Part shown: in pieces, positions 14,338-28,873 of the stretch
Layout: every line of letters starts with the position of its first letter
How positions within the stretch are numbered: position 1 is the stretch's first letter
Assembly (NCBI RefSeq): GCF_006345805.1
Contig: NC_043008.1
Location: forward strand, 36,022,001 to 36,086,000
Direction: 5' to 3'
Length of the DNA stretch: 64,000 bases
Source of the DNA: Octopus sinensis
Lineage: Eukaryota
Program-made: the position numbers and the translations under genes
The notes under the pieces: generated by a model
Databases searched by the model: none
The model's input: only the letters and a program-made list of their open reading frames with translations
Told to the model about the DNA's origin: nothing

Positions 14338-16521
14338 TTTTGAATTAATAATAATAAGCGTTCTACATTTGTACTGATGTTTTAATCTCTCCCCAGACAC
14401 CAGTAGAAAGTAGAAATCTATTAAGTATCATCATAAATAAACAATTAAAAATTATGAAAAAAAAAAAAAATTCACAATGCCATATGCGGAAGAGGAGTCC
14501 ATGTCAATTTTTTGTAAAACAAGCAAAAATATGTGACTGAAAACACAATCAAACGTGTTTAGCTGTCATTAGCAGGTATGACCTGGAAAGTTAAGAAACA
14601 CTGAACTTTCCTCTTTTTCTTTCATACACTTAAAATTAATTATTCTATACTCTTGTTTGTTTGTACAGTTTTACTTTTTTGACATCTTTCGGATCCAATT
14701 TGCATGAGCAAGAATGGTAGTTAAATGTTGGTTAATAACAGAATGTTGGTGAAGACTGATGAATCAATGAGCAGTTAGGTAGTTAATAATCTCTGAGATT
14801 TAATCCTGATTTCCATATTTGAAGAATTTTGATAAGATAGTTAGTAAAAGGATAATGAGACACATCTAAATCTGCAAAATATCTGGTGAGCATCATATTT
14901 GATCAGTGATACTTGTCCAATGAGAACCGATTGAGATGATCATTCATAAAAGCACAACGAACTCTAGTTTGTCACTATATATATATAAAACACTCCTCTA
15001 ATGACACCTGCTATCAAAAACAAAAACAATTGCAGACAATTCATGGAACACACACATACAGACACACACACTCATACAGATAATAGTCGGGCAATGTATG
15101 TTATACAGCATTAACGTATAAACAGATGTTTTTTTGTAGATTCTAAGTATGAAAATAGCGTTTGCTAGAGTTAAGCTGCAACACCAAGATAAACAAATCT
15201 CTCCATTGAAGCACTTCAAACAAACAGCAAGCTGTTGTTTTAGCATATATTTCTTAAGATATGAGCTAGTTAACATATCACTTTAAGAAGTCGGGTAAAA
15301 ACTTTTCATTGGGATTTATTTCACATCATTTGGGGTTAGAAAATACAACTAAATAAAATGAAATAAAAAAAATTTTTAAATATGTTATCAACTACATTTT
15401 CAACTAATCCAATTACTATACTCATGCTTCAACAGAAACACTGATTAAAATAGAAAAACTGTCGCTGTTAGATTATAAAGCTTCAGACCATTAATTCAAT
15501 TATGTCATTTACAGCATGGAAACATGAGAATGCTATATATCAAAACATGTATTGAGATCCATCATCATGATTATTAGTTCCAATGATAATGACTAGGATA
15601 ATTATGGGACTTAAAGGATTGTAGTTAGTTATTTTCACTTTTGTTTCAATATCAGATTGCAACCATTTCTCTTTATCTTTCAAGAGCAAGAAGGCAATAT
15701 TTACAAGGCAAACAACCAACTGAGGAATCAACAATTCATATTATATTGCTACATACACTGTGTGCAAGACCAAGACATTTAACTAAAGGAGCTGAATTCA
15801 TCTATATGTAAGTAAATATTACAGGTGGTGTAATTTGCCGCAAAAATCTCACTGTGGAATTATTGCACATTTTGAAAGGCCAACAGTGTTGAGTTCAATT
15901 CTTACCACAGGAAAATCTATTTGTAATAAATCAGTGGTCATAGCCAGAGGGAATTCTAGCTTTCATCTACCTAATGCAGTGGAAACTGGAGTTAAGCTTA
16001 TGTCTCTGTATGCCATAAGAATAATCTCCTTCAAAAGAATTATTCATAGCAGCAGAAGCTGGTAGAATCATTAGCATGCAGGACAAAATTCTTAGCAGCA
16101 TTATTTTTGGTTTTATGTTCTGAGCCCAAATTCTGCCAAGAGAAACTTTGCCTTTTTGGGGTTGATAAAATAAAGTACCAGTTGAGTAACTAGCCCCACC
16201 ACCACCCTCCTAAAATTCCAGGCCCTGTGCCTATAGCAGAAAAAAAAACAACAACTCTTTCCTGATTCCAACTTACATTACCAGAAGCCAACAACTCATC
16301 AGATACACTTTGCACATTTGACACATTAACCACATTCGATGCCCACACCACCACTGCTGCTGACACCACTTAACATCCCATTCTCCAACTCACACACATA
16401 CAGATACACAAGCATATACTCAGATAGTATGGAAGTCATGAACAGACAAAAGGAGCCTGTATGTAGGCCTACAGCTTAAGATAGAAGCTAAATCCTTTAA
16501 AGAACTTTCTGCTATTTTTTA

Positions 16522-16920
16522 AACTAGAAAAGCACTCGGAGAGAGCAGACCTCCGCCAAGCAGCTCATTTCCACCCATATACACGCATGCTGAAAATCGC
16601 CCAATTTCCCAAACCAACGCTGGCAAAAACATAACTCCCTCCCATACTTATCTCGACCATCGTCATCATCAACACTGTCTCTGCTTTCACCACAATCACC
16701 GTCAAAACGATGATCACCACAATCAGTTTCTTTACACAGCTGAAAATCCATTATCCAATACTCATGGGACTGAGATTGTTGCAGATCAATTTCTAAAGAA
16801 GAATTTTTATGTTGGTGCCATAAGAAAATGCACCCAATCCACAAACTGGGACTATGATAACCCCTCTGGTCTCAATCAGCAGAGAAAGCAGCTCTAAAAA
16901 TGATGGTGGAAACATAAAAT
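16522..16920. mobile_element. Putative non-autonomous DNA element (terminus resembles Helentron/HINE-type repeats)
   Basis: Starts ACTAGAAAAGCACTCGGAGAGAGCAGACCTCCGCCAAG, a terminus I recall from widespread metazoan non-autonomous repeats. Locally CpG-retaining. Family assignment is from memory only. Confidence 0.35.
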
Positions 16921-17399
16921 AAACACACATCAAAGTAGTATGGCTTTATGACTATTCGAGTTTAATTAATTTTAACTAAATCCTTAAAGCAAAGAATAAA
17001 TCAAAATTTTCTATTTTATTTTTACAAAGTTTAATATCAAGCATTTGGGTTGTGACTGTTTTAAGTCTTAAAGTATACTCCATTTTATTATGATGTGATG
17101 ACTAAATTCTTAGTTGAGCCCATGCTATTAAAAAAAAAATTAAATTGCCCAATTACAACAATCAATTTATAAATAAAAAAAATATAGAGCTAAAGAAAGA
17201 GCAACTGAAATATGATAGCTTACCAAAATGTATCACTCAGTTGAGCACATGATGTTGACTGTTGGTGTAAACAGAATAATGTTCTACACAATGTGACTAA
17301 AGTTGTGAGGATGGAATCTCAACATATACAACAAATCTGTTAATTATATATAAGAAAGCACTTCCAGCATTATTCCAAGCAATTACAGGATTATAACCT

Positions 17400-18000
17400 C
17401 CAGAAACAAGGAATTGAGTGCTTGGATCCAGCTTGAACCACATGTCTTTTTCCAACAGGTCTGGTTCTCAACGTAAAGAAAACTGAATATATGATCATCA
17501 GTAAAGATGAAAGCCACCTACCAATTGGCTCCAATGATGATACACAACTTAAGGAGGTCAGCGCTTTTAAGTAGCTATGTTGCTGACAAAGTAAAAAGAC
17601 AAAAAAAAACCTTTCATGCAAGCACCTAGCCAGGAGTGTATGTCACATCTGGCAATCAAGTAGTATTTAAAAGTTAAGGTTTGCATTTTTCAGGGCGACT
17701 GTGGACAGTATTCTTCTTTATGGAGTTGAAAATATGGACTACAAAGGATCTTCATTGATAATACATACATCAGGTTTCTCACAATCGTTCAAAATATTTT
17801 CATGGCATGAAACACAAGAGCAAAGAGAAGATTTATGGACACATTCCACCCATCTCTACTACTACTACTACTGCTACTGTTACTGCTGCTGCTCAATGCA
17901 GAGTAAACTTTGCTGGCTATTACTATTGTACAGAACAACAGACCAGATCAGGGGATTTATATTTTGGAGGATTCTACACCTTAATAGAGAACAAAGACAA
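17400..18000 (+). mobile_element. RTE-type LINE fragment (C-terminal RT/thumb region, decayed)
   Basis: Translates to VKKTEYM, a damaged FKYL motif and FFRATVDSILLYGVE, with stops and frameshifts. Confidence 0.7.
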
Positions 18001-21000
18001 CTCAACTACATTGGCAAAGACAACTTCAAACTGAGAATCTAGCAAAACTAATTGGGAATGAAGTTTTCTGGCACAGTATTTGGAGATGCATCTTGATAGC
18101 AGTTGTTTGAAGAAGTCTGTCACCATCATCCAGCAGCATCCAAAATTAACCATCGAGTGGCACACAGGTTCTGCTGTGTCGTCTGCTCCTGCAACTCTGC
18201 CAGATCTACAAAAAGGAGAATATGGCATTCTGGAGGGAGTTTTGGCTGTACTGGAATTAACAGAATGGCTTATACTTATTGGAATGTATGGTCTCTTTCC
18301 CTCTCTTAATAGAGAGGTAACTCATATTCTATTGCGAATTTCATGGTTTTTCTCTGTGTTTTTGTTGTTTAACTCCAAGTCAGATATGACTGGGAAAATT
18401 TATGATTAAAAGAATTAGAACCATGACCATCTCATCTGCTTTTTGATGTAGAGTACACTGGGTTATGTTCTCCAAAGTGAAATTTTTACAAAATGGCAGA
18501 ATATGCATTAAGGATTTGAGTGCTTTGTCTAGCAGGATGAGCAACCATGTGTAGACTTCCTTATTGGTTTGAACATAAATGAGTAAATCAAAGCTGAAGG
18601 TGATTTAGAATTAGCACGCACTTAGTCATAATCATATTACTGCTAATTCATGTTGACAGTATAAATTACTGTAGAGGGAGGAGGGAAAGTACTAGTTTAA
18701 TGAACATGTCCACTTGCGGAAACGAAATTAAAAAACAAAACAAAAAACAAAATTGAAGCTAAATCAATTTGTGTAATGTTAATCTCAAATGCAATAAAAA
18801 CATTTTATTTATAAGCTAGTGGCTAATAAACTGGTGATCTAATACAACATTTTTGCAATAGGAGGTACATTTAAAACTAGAGTTTAACCAGTACATGCTT
18901 GATGGAACATACTCAATGAACCAACTAAAAACAGCAGCTAAATTGATCTCAATACTGTATCATCATGAAAAAGGAAGATGTTGAATAAAGTAGTCCTAAA
19001 TACACTGTATGGAATAGAAATTTTTAAAAAAAGGCAATGGTCACATCTGGAACACCTTTGCTAATAAGGCTATCTTAATCGGGGCTGAATTAAAGTTAAG
19101 CAAGAGAAACTAAGAACATCATGCTAAAGTAATGAATCAGAGAGTAAATGGCCAAGTGGATAGAATAACAAACAACCTATCAAGTGGTCACTGGTTCACA
19201 TCCTGTTAGCAATAATGTGTTGTGTGAGTTGTCAAGACAACTAGATGTTAATAATAGATCAATCACAAAGAAGGTATAATCTATTGTGAGTAATGGCATT
19301 TTAGAACTCATGAGGAAAGGGTATTTGTTTGCATTACTGAGTCCAATTCCTTCAAAAGAAAAAGCTACTTCTGATACATCATTGAAATATGGTCATGGGG
19401 GTTGAGAAGCTGGCTTTGCACTCACACGGTTCAGGGTTTTGTCTCACTGCATGGTGCTTTGGGCATGTGTTTCCCATTTATAAGCCTTCAGTTAACCAAA
19501 AGCTGGAGAAGGAATTTTGACTAAAAACATGTGGGTGAAATTTTGGCAACTACACAGTAAATTGAATAACTACATGAAATGTTTCATGCAATTTAAACTA
19601 GTTAACTTTTGGTAAAATCATTTACAACAAAACTGGAGCTTAAGATAATTTACATTATTTTTCTTCTTTTTCTTTTACAATCTATCCTGGATAGTAATAA
19701 ATATATGCCATTATATTTTGTCATAGTCTGTTCATTTTCCCATCAATGCAAATATTAAAGATATACTTTCTGTGGACACTGAAGTAGAAAGTCGCATTAC
19801 ACAAAAGTCTGATAACGAAAACCAGTCTGAACACCATTTAGAAGAATAAAGTTTCTCAAAGAAATCTAATATAAAGATCAGAATATTAAAAGATACTTCA
19901 GATTATTGCATTTTTCCCCAATATTTAAAAATAAAAAAAATAATATTTAAATAGTGTTTCTAAGGTTGCTGTAATACACCAATACTAGCCTGCTGATATC
20001 CAGGAAGAACAGGCAGTTTAACCTAATGCAAAATGAAAGCACACACACACAAGTATGAGAGAACGGACATTAAAATGATATATTGAAGAAAACAATTATT
20101 GAGAACGAAAGAATGGAAGCAATAAACTCTGGAATGATAAGAAAAAGAAATCCATGGAAATTGAAGTCAAAGTCAAAGCCGAATAATATGAAACGAAAAA
20201 AGAAAGAATAATCTCTCTCTCTCTCTCTCTCTCTCTGGAATCTACTGATTCTGATAAGAAACAACAGTTTAAACAATAATGTAAATTATATCATGTTCTA
20301 GTTTCAATTTATCTTCTTTTTTTTTATGATACGATAAGGAAAATATAACCAAAAGAAGTCTAAAAACAGATAATTTTTTAAAAGTATATTTAGTTTAAAT
20401 AAAGTTACAGTGACTGTTTGAAACATAACTAAGAATGATGGCCTCCAATATCAACCAAAATCTCCCTCAAATCAAAACCTACCATCTTAAAGAAAGATAC
20501 ACTGAGTAATGTACTCCTAGAATGGAATGTTTTAGACAATACGTCTGATTGATCCATATTTGACCTGCAACTAAGCAACTATACTGAAGACTGTTAGTTT
20601 ATTATAACACTCAAAACCTCAGCCAACATAGGTCAAAAATCAAAATGAACCAAAGCATAGTACTAATCTATTAGTGATTAGTAACCAATAAATTCACAAT
20701 ATGCAAGGTCAATGCATTAAGATTGCAAATATCTGGTGGTACTCTAATATGAACTGAAGTCAAATACCAACCTACAAGTGAACTTAGAAATAGAATCAAC
20801 TGCTTGATTAGTAATCAGTTTACAGCTGTATAGTAATAGCTGTAAACTGGTACAGAATCTTACTGATTTCAAGAAAGGTGTGTGTGTTTTTTGGGGGTAG
20901 AACTTGAGTTAGGGACTTGGTTTATAGGGAGCTTACCGCTTCTGATAAGTTCTTCACTTTTATCCATTTCTAAAAAGGTGATTTTTTTTTAATCACTGTA

Positions 21001-21347
21001 CGCATTTACCACACGAATTATCTTCTGTTGAAAGAAAGGAGATTATCTTCTCACTGACACAAACAGGAGCCAGTCAAAACTATTTTCTTTTTATGACAAG
21101 TTGACAATACCTAACTAGTTAACTGATTTGACCAACCTGTGTGCCATATAAAAACAGATGGACTTAAAAACCTTAATCACAATAAATCATATTCATTAAA
21201 AATCAAATATACATGAATAATTGAATAATTTTAATTCACAAGAAAATCTAATGCTTTGGATAATGTTTACCTAAAGTAAAAACTGAATATTTAATTTTGT
21301 TTTTTTTACAATAATTAATATAAGTGACAGTTTCCACAGTGATTTTT

Positions 21348-21575
21348 TTAAAGTCTTAGCATATAAACTGGCCATATTCGGTGCAAATATTCTCACTGTT
21401 TTATAATCAAACTGGCTAGAACTGACCTTTCATACCTACCCAGTAATGTCAATCTAAAAATAAACAATTACATCATCAAAATCTTGAAGATATGAGATAT
21501 TGCATGATTAACACAGAACAATGTGAATAAATAAGCTTTACACTTGACAGAGTAATCTGAATGCTAAAGGATCAA
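21348..21575. mobile_element. MITE with TAGCAT...ATGCTAAAGG inverted termini (TTAA/piggyBac-like), degenerate
   Basis: TTAGCAT at ~21356 pairs with ATGCTAA at 21561; non-coding AT-rich body. Matches an octopus MITE I recall. Confidence 0.5.
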
Positions 21576-21630
21576 TCTCATGTAGACTGGTTCATTAGAG
21601 ACTTGATGCTCAAATTGAGAGAGTACTATA

Positions 21631-22013
21631 GGCGTAGGAGTAGCTGTGTGGTAAGTAGCTTGCTTACCAACCACATGGTTCTGAGTTCAGTCCCACTGCG
21701 AGGCACCTTGGGCAAGTATCTTCTACTTTGGCCTCGGGCCGACCAAAGCCTTGTGAGTTGATTTGGTAGACGGAAACTGAAAGATATGTATATAGATATG
21801 TATGTGCGTGTATATGTTTGTCCCCCCCCCCCCACCAACATCGCTTGACAACCGATGCTGGTGTGTTTACGTCCCCATAACTTAGCGGTTCAGCAAAGAG
21901 ACCAATAGAATAAGTACTAGGCTTACGAAGAATAAGTCCTGGGGTCGATTTGCTTGACTAAAGGCAGTGCTCCAGCATGGCCACAGTCAAATGACTGAAA
22001 CAGGTAAAAGAGA
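21631..22013 (+). mobile_element. tRNA-derived SINE family A (CORE-like), full length
   Basis: A-box-like TAGCTGTGTGG, B-box-like GAGTTCAGTCC, CORE-like CACCTTGGGCAAGT, internal microsatellite, tail GACTGAAACAGGTAAAAGAG. Colinear with 28874-29265. Confidence 0.9.
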
Positions 22014-25000
22014 AACCAAAAGGTCAGTGATCCGTAACCTGTCACCATTAGTGTGCTGTGCTTGTGGTTAAATCACTCAGCCATAAACAGCTGAGTTTAC
22101 CAAGCTTTGAGCTGTAGGTTACAGTAGTGCAGAGTTTGTATTCCCTTATGTCTCAAGAGATTCCATACCACTAAATTAAGGTTTACAGAAGATTGCATTA
22201 ATTTAGCAAATGCTTTGGATTGATAGCTTAGTGCAGTGTTTCTTATAAGGAGGTGGTGGGGCTATGAAGATTGAAAAGGAAGTGGACAAATTGCCATGGT
22301 GAATAAAATTAATTTAATAGTTTTAGAATAACTTTAGAAAGGTTCAAATTAATTAGTCGAAGGTTTTGGAAGAGTTTCAGAGTGGAGGAATTTAGAAGTG
22401 GTGAATTTCCATCATTCGACAATATGGATTCAGTAGTTCAATCAGCTAAATTATCTGCTCCTGGACTTGTAAAAGGCTGAGTACCCTGAACATAATCCTT
22501 AGGCAGAATCAGTATGACACTGCGTGTGACAAGGCTGTCACTTGAATTATAGGTGCAGTCCATCCAACAGGCTTCTACACAGTTTCCATCTATCTGGTTT
22601 CACTCACAATGAATAGGCCAACCTGAGGCTATAGAAAATGACATTTGCTCAACGTGTCATGCAGTGGGATTGAACTAGAATCACATGGTTGCAAAACAAA
22701 CTTCTTAACACTGTGCCTACAATTTATAAGCATAATTTATTTAAGAAAAATATCACTGACACCTTTTGAGATTTGCTGTTCATGTTTATATTTAGACAAC
22801 TTTTCTAATGTTGGTGTCATGATAATTGAATGCAAGATGTTCTATCAATAACTGAGCTAAAGCCTGGATCAACAAATTGATCCTTCATTGGTTTTCACAA
22901 TGAGAATGCCAGTTGTTTGATCAATAACTGAACTACTTACAAACTGAATTATAATGTAAGTGGTGTGAGTATTCCACAGATAAACACCCTTAATGTAACC
23001 CTCCGGCAAAATCAGTGTGGGAAAGGATGACAAACCTAGCCCTTTAATATACCAGAATATACTAGGTACAGTCCTATGGTGGACTTTCAAACAGTTTCGG
23101 TTTATTCAGTTCTATTCACAAGTCTTTGATCTACTTGAGGTTCTAATACAAGACATTTGCGCAAGATGCCATGCAATAGAATTGATCCCAAGACCTTGTA
23201 ATTATAAAAAGAATTTCTTATCCACTCAGTTTTACCTGCACTTAAACGTATAAAGCAGTACTTAAATTCATAATAAATGCAGTGTTACAGTTAATCTGGA
23301 GAAAATGGCTGTAGATGTCTGAACTAAATACTTGACTATATTTAATTTTGTCCCTTTACATTGTGAGTTCATATCTCATTAGGTGTCACTTAGCATTTCA
23401 GTGGTCAGTAAATACCAATCACGTACTAGATCAATTCAATAAACTATACATACCTTTCCCTTACAAATTCAGGGCTTTGTGCCAGCATAAAGAAAAATAC
23501 CATTAATATTATTAAGGGAGCTTAAAGCAGTGAGCTGGTACAATCAATAAGTAGAGCATCATACACTAAATGCCTCACAATATTTCTTCCTACTGTTCGT
23601 GTTCTGATTTTGATTCCAATAGGGATCAACTTTGCTTTTGATAAAAATGAAGTACCAGTCAAGTACTGGGGTTAATGTAATTGCTTACACCCCTTTCCTT
23701 AAGACTGCCAGCCTTGTGTTAAAACCAGAAACCACAGTGAAGGCAATTGGATTGGTAGACACTATAAACTGTTAGACTAAATGGTGTTGCATACTTAGCT
23801 ATGTATCTTTATGATCCAAGTTCAGAACATAACATTAAGAAATCATTATTTTTATTTCTTCAATGATTAATAGAAAGGTTTTATGAAACGATTTTGAAGT
23901 GTGGATAGGAGAACGACATTCAATATCCAAATACATTATAGAATATTTCTATAAATAACTGAAAGCAGAGAGCAGGTAATATCAAAATCAATAACAAGAT
24001 CTCCAACTGTTACTCAGTTTGGTTTATAAAAATATCTTCAGTGTAAATATGTGATGCGTATAGAAGAAGCGACTGTAAGAATTATTTTGGAGAAGATTTA
24101 CTATCAAATTCAGCTTGATTCTCCAGTAGAACGAACCTATAAGAGGAGCATGTAATGAATAGAAAACATGCACACACACGAGTGTACAGGATCGCATATA
24201 TGCATGCACACACACATACACTATCAGGTGTTCCATAGGTAATTCAGTATCCAAACATTTGTATAATGTAAATGCTGTTTTAACTATGGGACAGCTGTGT
24301 GTATGTGTGTGCATGCATGCAAAACAATCCAATTTTGTGTAGCTGAATAATATTGATTTTTGCACATAGGCACATGGGCAATTTTATAAGGTATAGGTGA
24401 GTGTAGTCGATTGAATCAAACCATTATAATACTGGTTCATTGGATAAATAGTAGGGTTTATAAAACAGGAAGTGAAAGGGAAAAATAAAATAAAATAATA
24501 ATCAATGATCCAGGGATGTGTGTTACAAAATAAATTGAGCTAAGGGAAACAACTCAATTTGGTCAATGCCATTTTAGCTGACGAGGTGATGAACTGAATG
24601 ATGCATGGAAACAATTCTCAATTAATCAAAATTTACCTCTTAGTTGGAAACAAAAAACAAAAGTCTAGCAGGAATTATTAGTCTCTGCAAGAGTTGCAGT
24701 CACTAACAATTAAGCCCTTTCATTTCTTTTCCCAATAACTAACAGGTATGCATGCATAAGTGTGTGTGTGTGTGTGAGAGAGAGGGGGGGGTAGAGGTGA
24801 TTAGGAAAGAGCAAACAGATATTTGAAGAATTTTAATTTTTTTCTTCTTACATACAGTATTCAGTACATTTCCTATTAACTTAAATATCTAAATTTATGC
24901 CATTGGTCCCCTCTCTCTCTCTCTCTTTCGGAGAGGCACTGAGCACCTACACGCACATATACATACACGGCAGTAACTTCCGCCTACCGAATGCAATCAC

Positions 25001-25879
25001 AAAGCTCCGGTCGGCTCGGGGCTATAGAGGAAGACACTTACCCAAAGTGTCACGCAGTGGGACTGAACCTGAAACCATGTAACTAGGAAGCAAACTCCCG
25101 GTCCATTTGAGTGATTTTCCTAGACTCATATTTTTAATGATGCAAGTTACACTGGTCAAAATTATTCATAGCACATGCTATATGTAAAAATCTTAACTGC
25201 TTGTCAACTTCAGTTAGACTATAGTACCTTGGTGAGGTATAATAGACTGAAATATGTCCAGAGTTGTCCCTTGCTTGTAGACAAATATCAAACTTTTTAT
25301 CCAACCTTTTCTATGCTCTAGGAAATATGTGATAAATGTTCAAAGTTCTTACAAAGTAATGTTCTATTTGAAGATGAAAACATCAATGTTAAAATAATTT
25401 TCCCTACACCCTGGTGCAGCTTGTAGAGTGATTGGTGAGCAGAGGAAAAGTAGATTCGAGAGGCCTCTTTAGTCCTGTCTTGCCAAGGACTTGATAACCT
25501 CACTAATGTGGGTGCCAGGAAAATTTAGCCAGTTCACACTGTAAAATGGATGGTAAATGAGCAAAGGAGAAGCTAGAGTTAAGATGTCCCTTAAGTCCTA
25601 TTTCAATGAGGACTTAACCTCTGTAGTGCCTCTAAAATATACCCAGTATACTCTGTGAAGTGGTTAGCGACAAGAAGAGCATCTAGCCATAGGAACCAAA
25701 TCAACGTGACGTTGATACCAGTCTGTGAGAGCAGTGTCTCCCAATAAGAACTGGTTCACACCATGACGACACATCTGACTCATGTCAGCATGGAAAGCAG
25801 ATGTAAAACGATGACGACGACGATGATGATAAACCACACGCAGCACTGGTAGAATAATAATAGTTAATGATTACTTTAC

Positions 25880-25944
25880 CCTCTTTGCTGCAACTCCTGG
25901 AATATCATCTTACATTCCAGATCAGGAACCCCTGCTCTACACAT
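25880..25944 (-). CDS. Candidate first coding exon MCRAGVPDLECKMIFQELQQR(G) of an unidentified minus-strand gene
   Basis: ATG at 25944, open for 21 codons to a GG|GTAAAG donor at 25880/25879 (alternative donor T|GTAAGA internally). Lies at the edge of a CpG-retaining block. No homology recognised. Confidence 0.25.
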
Positions 25945-28114
25945 AAATTAACTGAAATTATTTTTCTTCTGGAGAGTCGTTAACAATTGCCACTAGGGTT
26001 TATTTTGGGGGGTGTAGGAAGGAGAGGAGTGGGTGCGTATAATTTCTCCGACTCAGCGGGCTATTTCAATTAATTAGAATTTTTTTTTTTTTTTTTTGTG
26101 AACAAATACTTCAGTAAAATGATAATATTAAAAGAGGCGACAAACACATTTGCTGCATAACATTATCTGTAGCTAGTCCGGCGCTCTCTAAAACTGTCTA
26201 TCTCAGCTCAGTGAGCTGTGTTTGTAGCTAGAAAGTATTACGTCGTTAGTTAAGCCAGCCAGTGCAACAGTGTTGGCAGCAATAGCAGCAACATCACCAG
26301 GCTGCAATGAAATAATAATACCACCACCACCACTACTACTACTACAACTACTGATTGTAATAGAAATAACGCTAATCTTTGTTCAAGTCAATAACAGATC
26401 TAAAAGTTAACAAGCGTAGCGGCGGTCGTTGTGATTAACAAACGGAGGAAATAAACGAAGATTACGCCTTGGAAAGAGGTTTATTTTAAATGATAATTAC
26501 AGATATACAAGTAAATAAATGAACAAATAAAAATATATAGCCCGAGTTCTCACATTTCAAAATAAAATGCACAAAACGAAAATCACTTTTCGCTTGGAGG
26601 AACTTCTCTCGGAGAGCAGACCGCTCACAGCAATGTTTAGAACGGTTATATTTAAAACTATTATTTCTCATTATAACATCAATCAACGCAACTACATTAT
26701 ACACAAATGTGAATTAAAACAATGCTTAGCTAGCCACGCTACAGTTTTAAAACCATTTACTCTATGCCACACCAAGCTAAAGAGAGACCTCTAAGTGACC
26801 GCACTATCTGCTAGAAATAGCAGCTAAATTCCCCTCATGAAGAAGGACAGGACAATTAAATAATGTAGTCCTAAATATCCTTAAAAACAGGATGGTTGAG
26901 TCTGAAATGCCTTTTAATGAAAGGTTTTTTTCGATTAGGAAAGACCTGGAGCTAAACAACTACCACAAAGTCAAGCCAACTGAGGTGCATGAAACGTCTC
27001 GAAAAATCCTTCTCAAATTACTCCCAATGCGCTTTATTTAAAAAGAAAAAAAAGGCATTACATAATGAATCACTACACCTGAAGAGATGGGAGGGCCACG
27101 GTTGAAATGCTTCTGGTAATTGGTCGACGGGAGAAGGGGTAAACAACTACTACTAGTTAGATTAGATACTGTTGTATACAACACTGCGTATTAAAAATAG
27201 TAATTGTTATTATTTATCAACATTGTTGCATTGCCGAAAACAGGGTCTTCGGCGTAGTTGCATTCATAGCAAATAAACTGCACATTCTCCATCAGTGTCA
27301 GATAACTCTTTTCACAAAACCCAATACACGGTATCACAGAGAACCAACGAGATGTGAGTCGAGATCGCTCTGCCTGCTGGAAATAGCAGCAGAATTTCCA
27401 TCAAATCACAGCTTACCATTAAAAAAAAAAGAAAGAAAAAAAGCGTATCGAATAACAGAGTTCTGGATATACAAAAAGATGTGATGGAATGCAACCATAA
27501 TCCAGTTTGATAAGATTTAACAACTGCACCATACACAACATTCCCACTATTTATCTTATTAACAAAAAAAAAAACAGTTTACAACAGGCTGTTTATGTAT
27601 TTAAACATTTTTTTAAAAATAAAATTCAATAGACAATTCTTTTAGTTAACAGTTGGGATCATCCATAACTCAAGATCGAACCCTAATTGGAGAAACTATT
27701 CTGGTATTCACAGGTCCAACTTGTTCGTTATTGACCTCACCCTGCACGAACACTCCCGTAATAATGCACACTTAATAATGCAGCTAAACGGAAACTAAAG
27801 ACCTGCAGGTGCTTTGTCTTTCCGAGACAATGATTAATAAATATATCTATCTATCTCGTTCTTCCCTAGTCGCTGTTAATAATAAAAGATCTACTTCACA
27901 CCTCCTATCCCGTATACGTATATCAGACATGATAAAAATGAATAAACAGAGATAAAATAACACCATGCATTTATTTTATTTTATTTCATTTTCTCCTACG
28001 TGAACAGTATTTAAAAAGGGAGAGCTGTGGTGATGCTTTGGTGTACAGTTAGCAACCAATACGTTATTGCCAAGGATCGTGTCACAATTGAGGGTAAATA
28101 CACTCAACACCACA

Positions 28115-28873
28115 ATATTTTGGGCACAAGGCCAGAAATTTACGGGGGGGGGGAATAAGTCGATTACATCGACCCCAGTACTCAGCTGGTACTTATTTTA
28201 TCGACCCTTAGAGGAGGAAAAGCAGAGACGAATTCGGAGGCATTTGAACTCAGAACGTAAAATAGGCAAAAATGCCGCATACCGAAAGAAAAGAAAAGAA
28301 AGTAATAACGATGATTGATATCACTCGAATTTCACCGTCTTCTCAATCTGAAATCCAAATGAACATAGCTTATTTGATATATATATATATATATTACCTA
28401 TATATATATAAAAGCAACATCGAAGACCCAGTACTGTCTTTGGTGATGCACCACCACCGCCGCCGGCACTACTGCTACTACTACAACAACAAACAATAAT
28501 AATGGTTTCAAATTTTGGCTGCACACGGCCTGCAATTTCGGGGGAGGAAGTAAGTTGGTCACATCGACCCCTACTCCCAGGGCTCGACTTGTACTTTGTC
28601 AATTCTGAAAAGATGAAAAGGCAAAGTCGATCTCGGCAGAATTTGAACTCAGAACGTAGAGACGGGGACAAAATGCCACTAAGCATTTTCTCCGTCTAAC
28701 GTTTCAGCCTGCAATAATAAAAATAATAATAATAATAATAATAATTTTTGTAATCTTGGAACAAAGCCATCCATTTTAAAAGAGTGTAATCGATTTGAAT
28801 GACACTAGTACTTCACAAGTACCTGTTCTAACGACTGCGGTGGTTAAGTGAATCTTGGCTGAATTTGAACCCA
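28115..28873 (-). mobile_element. Tandem cluster of three family B (Meta-domain-like) SINE copies
   Basis: Repeated ATCGACCCC...GGTACTTATTTTATCGAC...AAAGTCGA...GAATTTGAACTCAGAAC units at ~28115, ~28500 and ~28745. Confidence 0.75.

Noticed and set aside
20816-20849. 12-bp hairpin CAGTTTACAGCT/AGCTGTAAACTG (similar short hairpins at 48938-48963 and ~56110-56133)
   Set aside because: Too short for a pre-miRNA; isolated; bacterial-type terminators are not relevant in this eukaryotic context.
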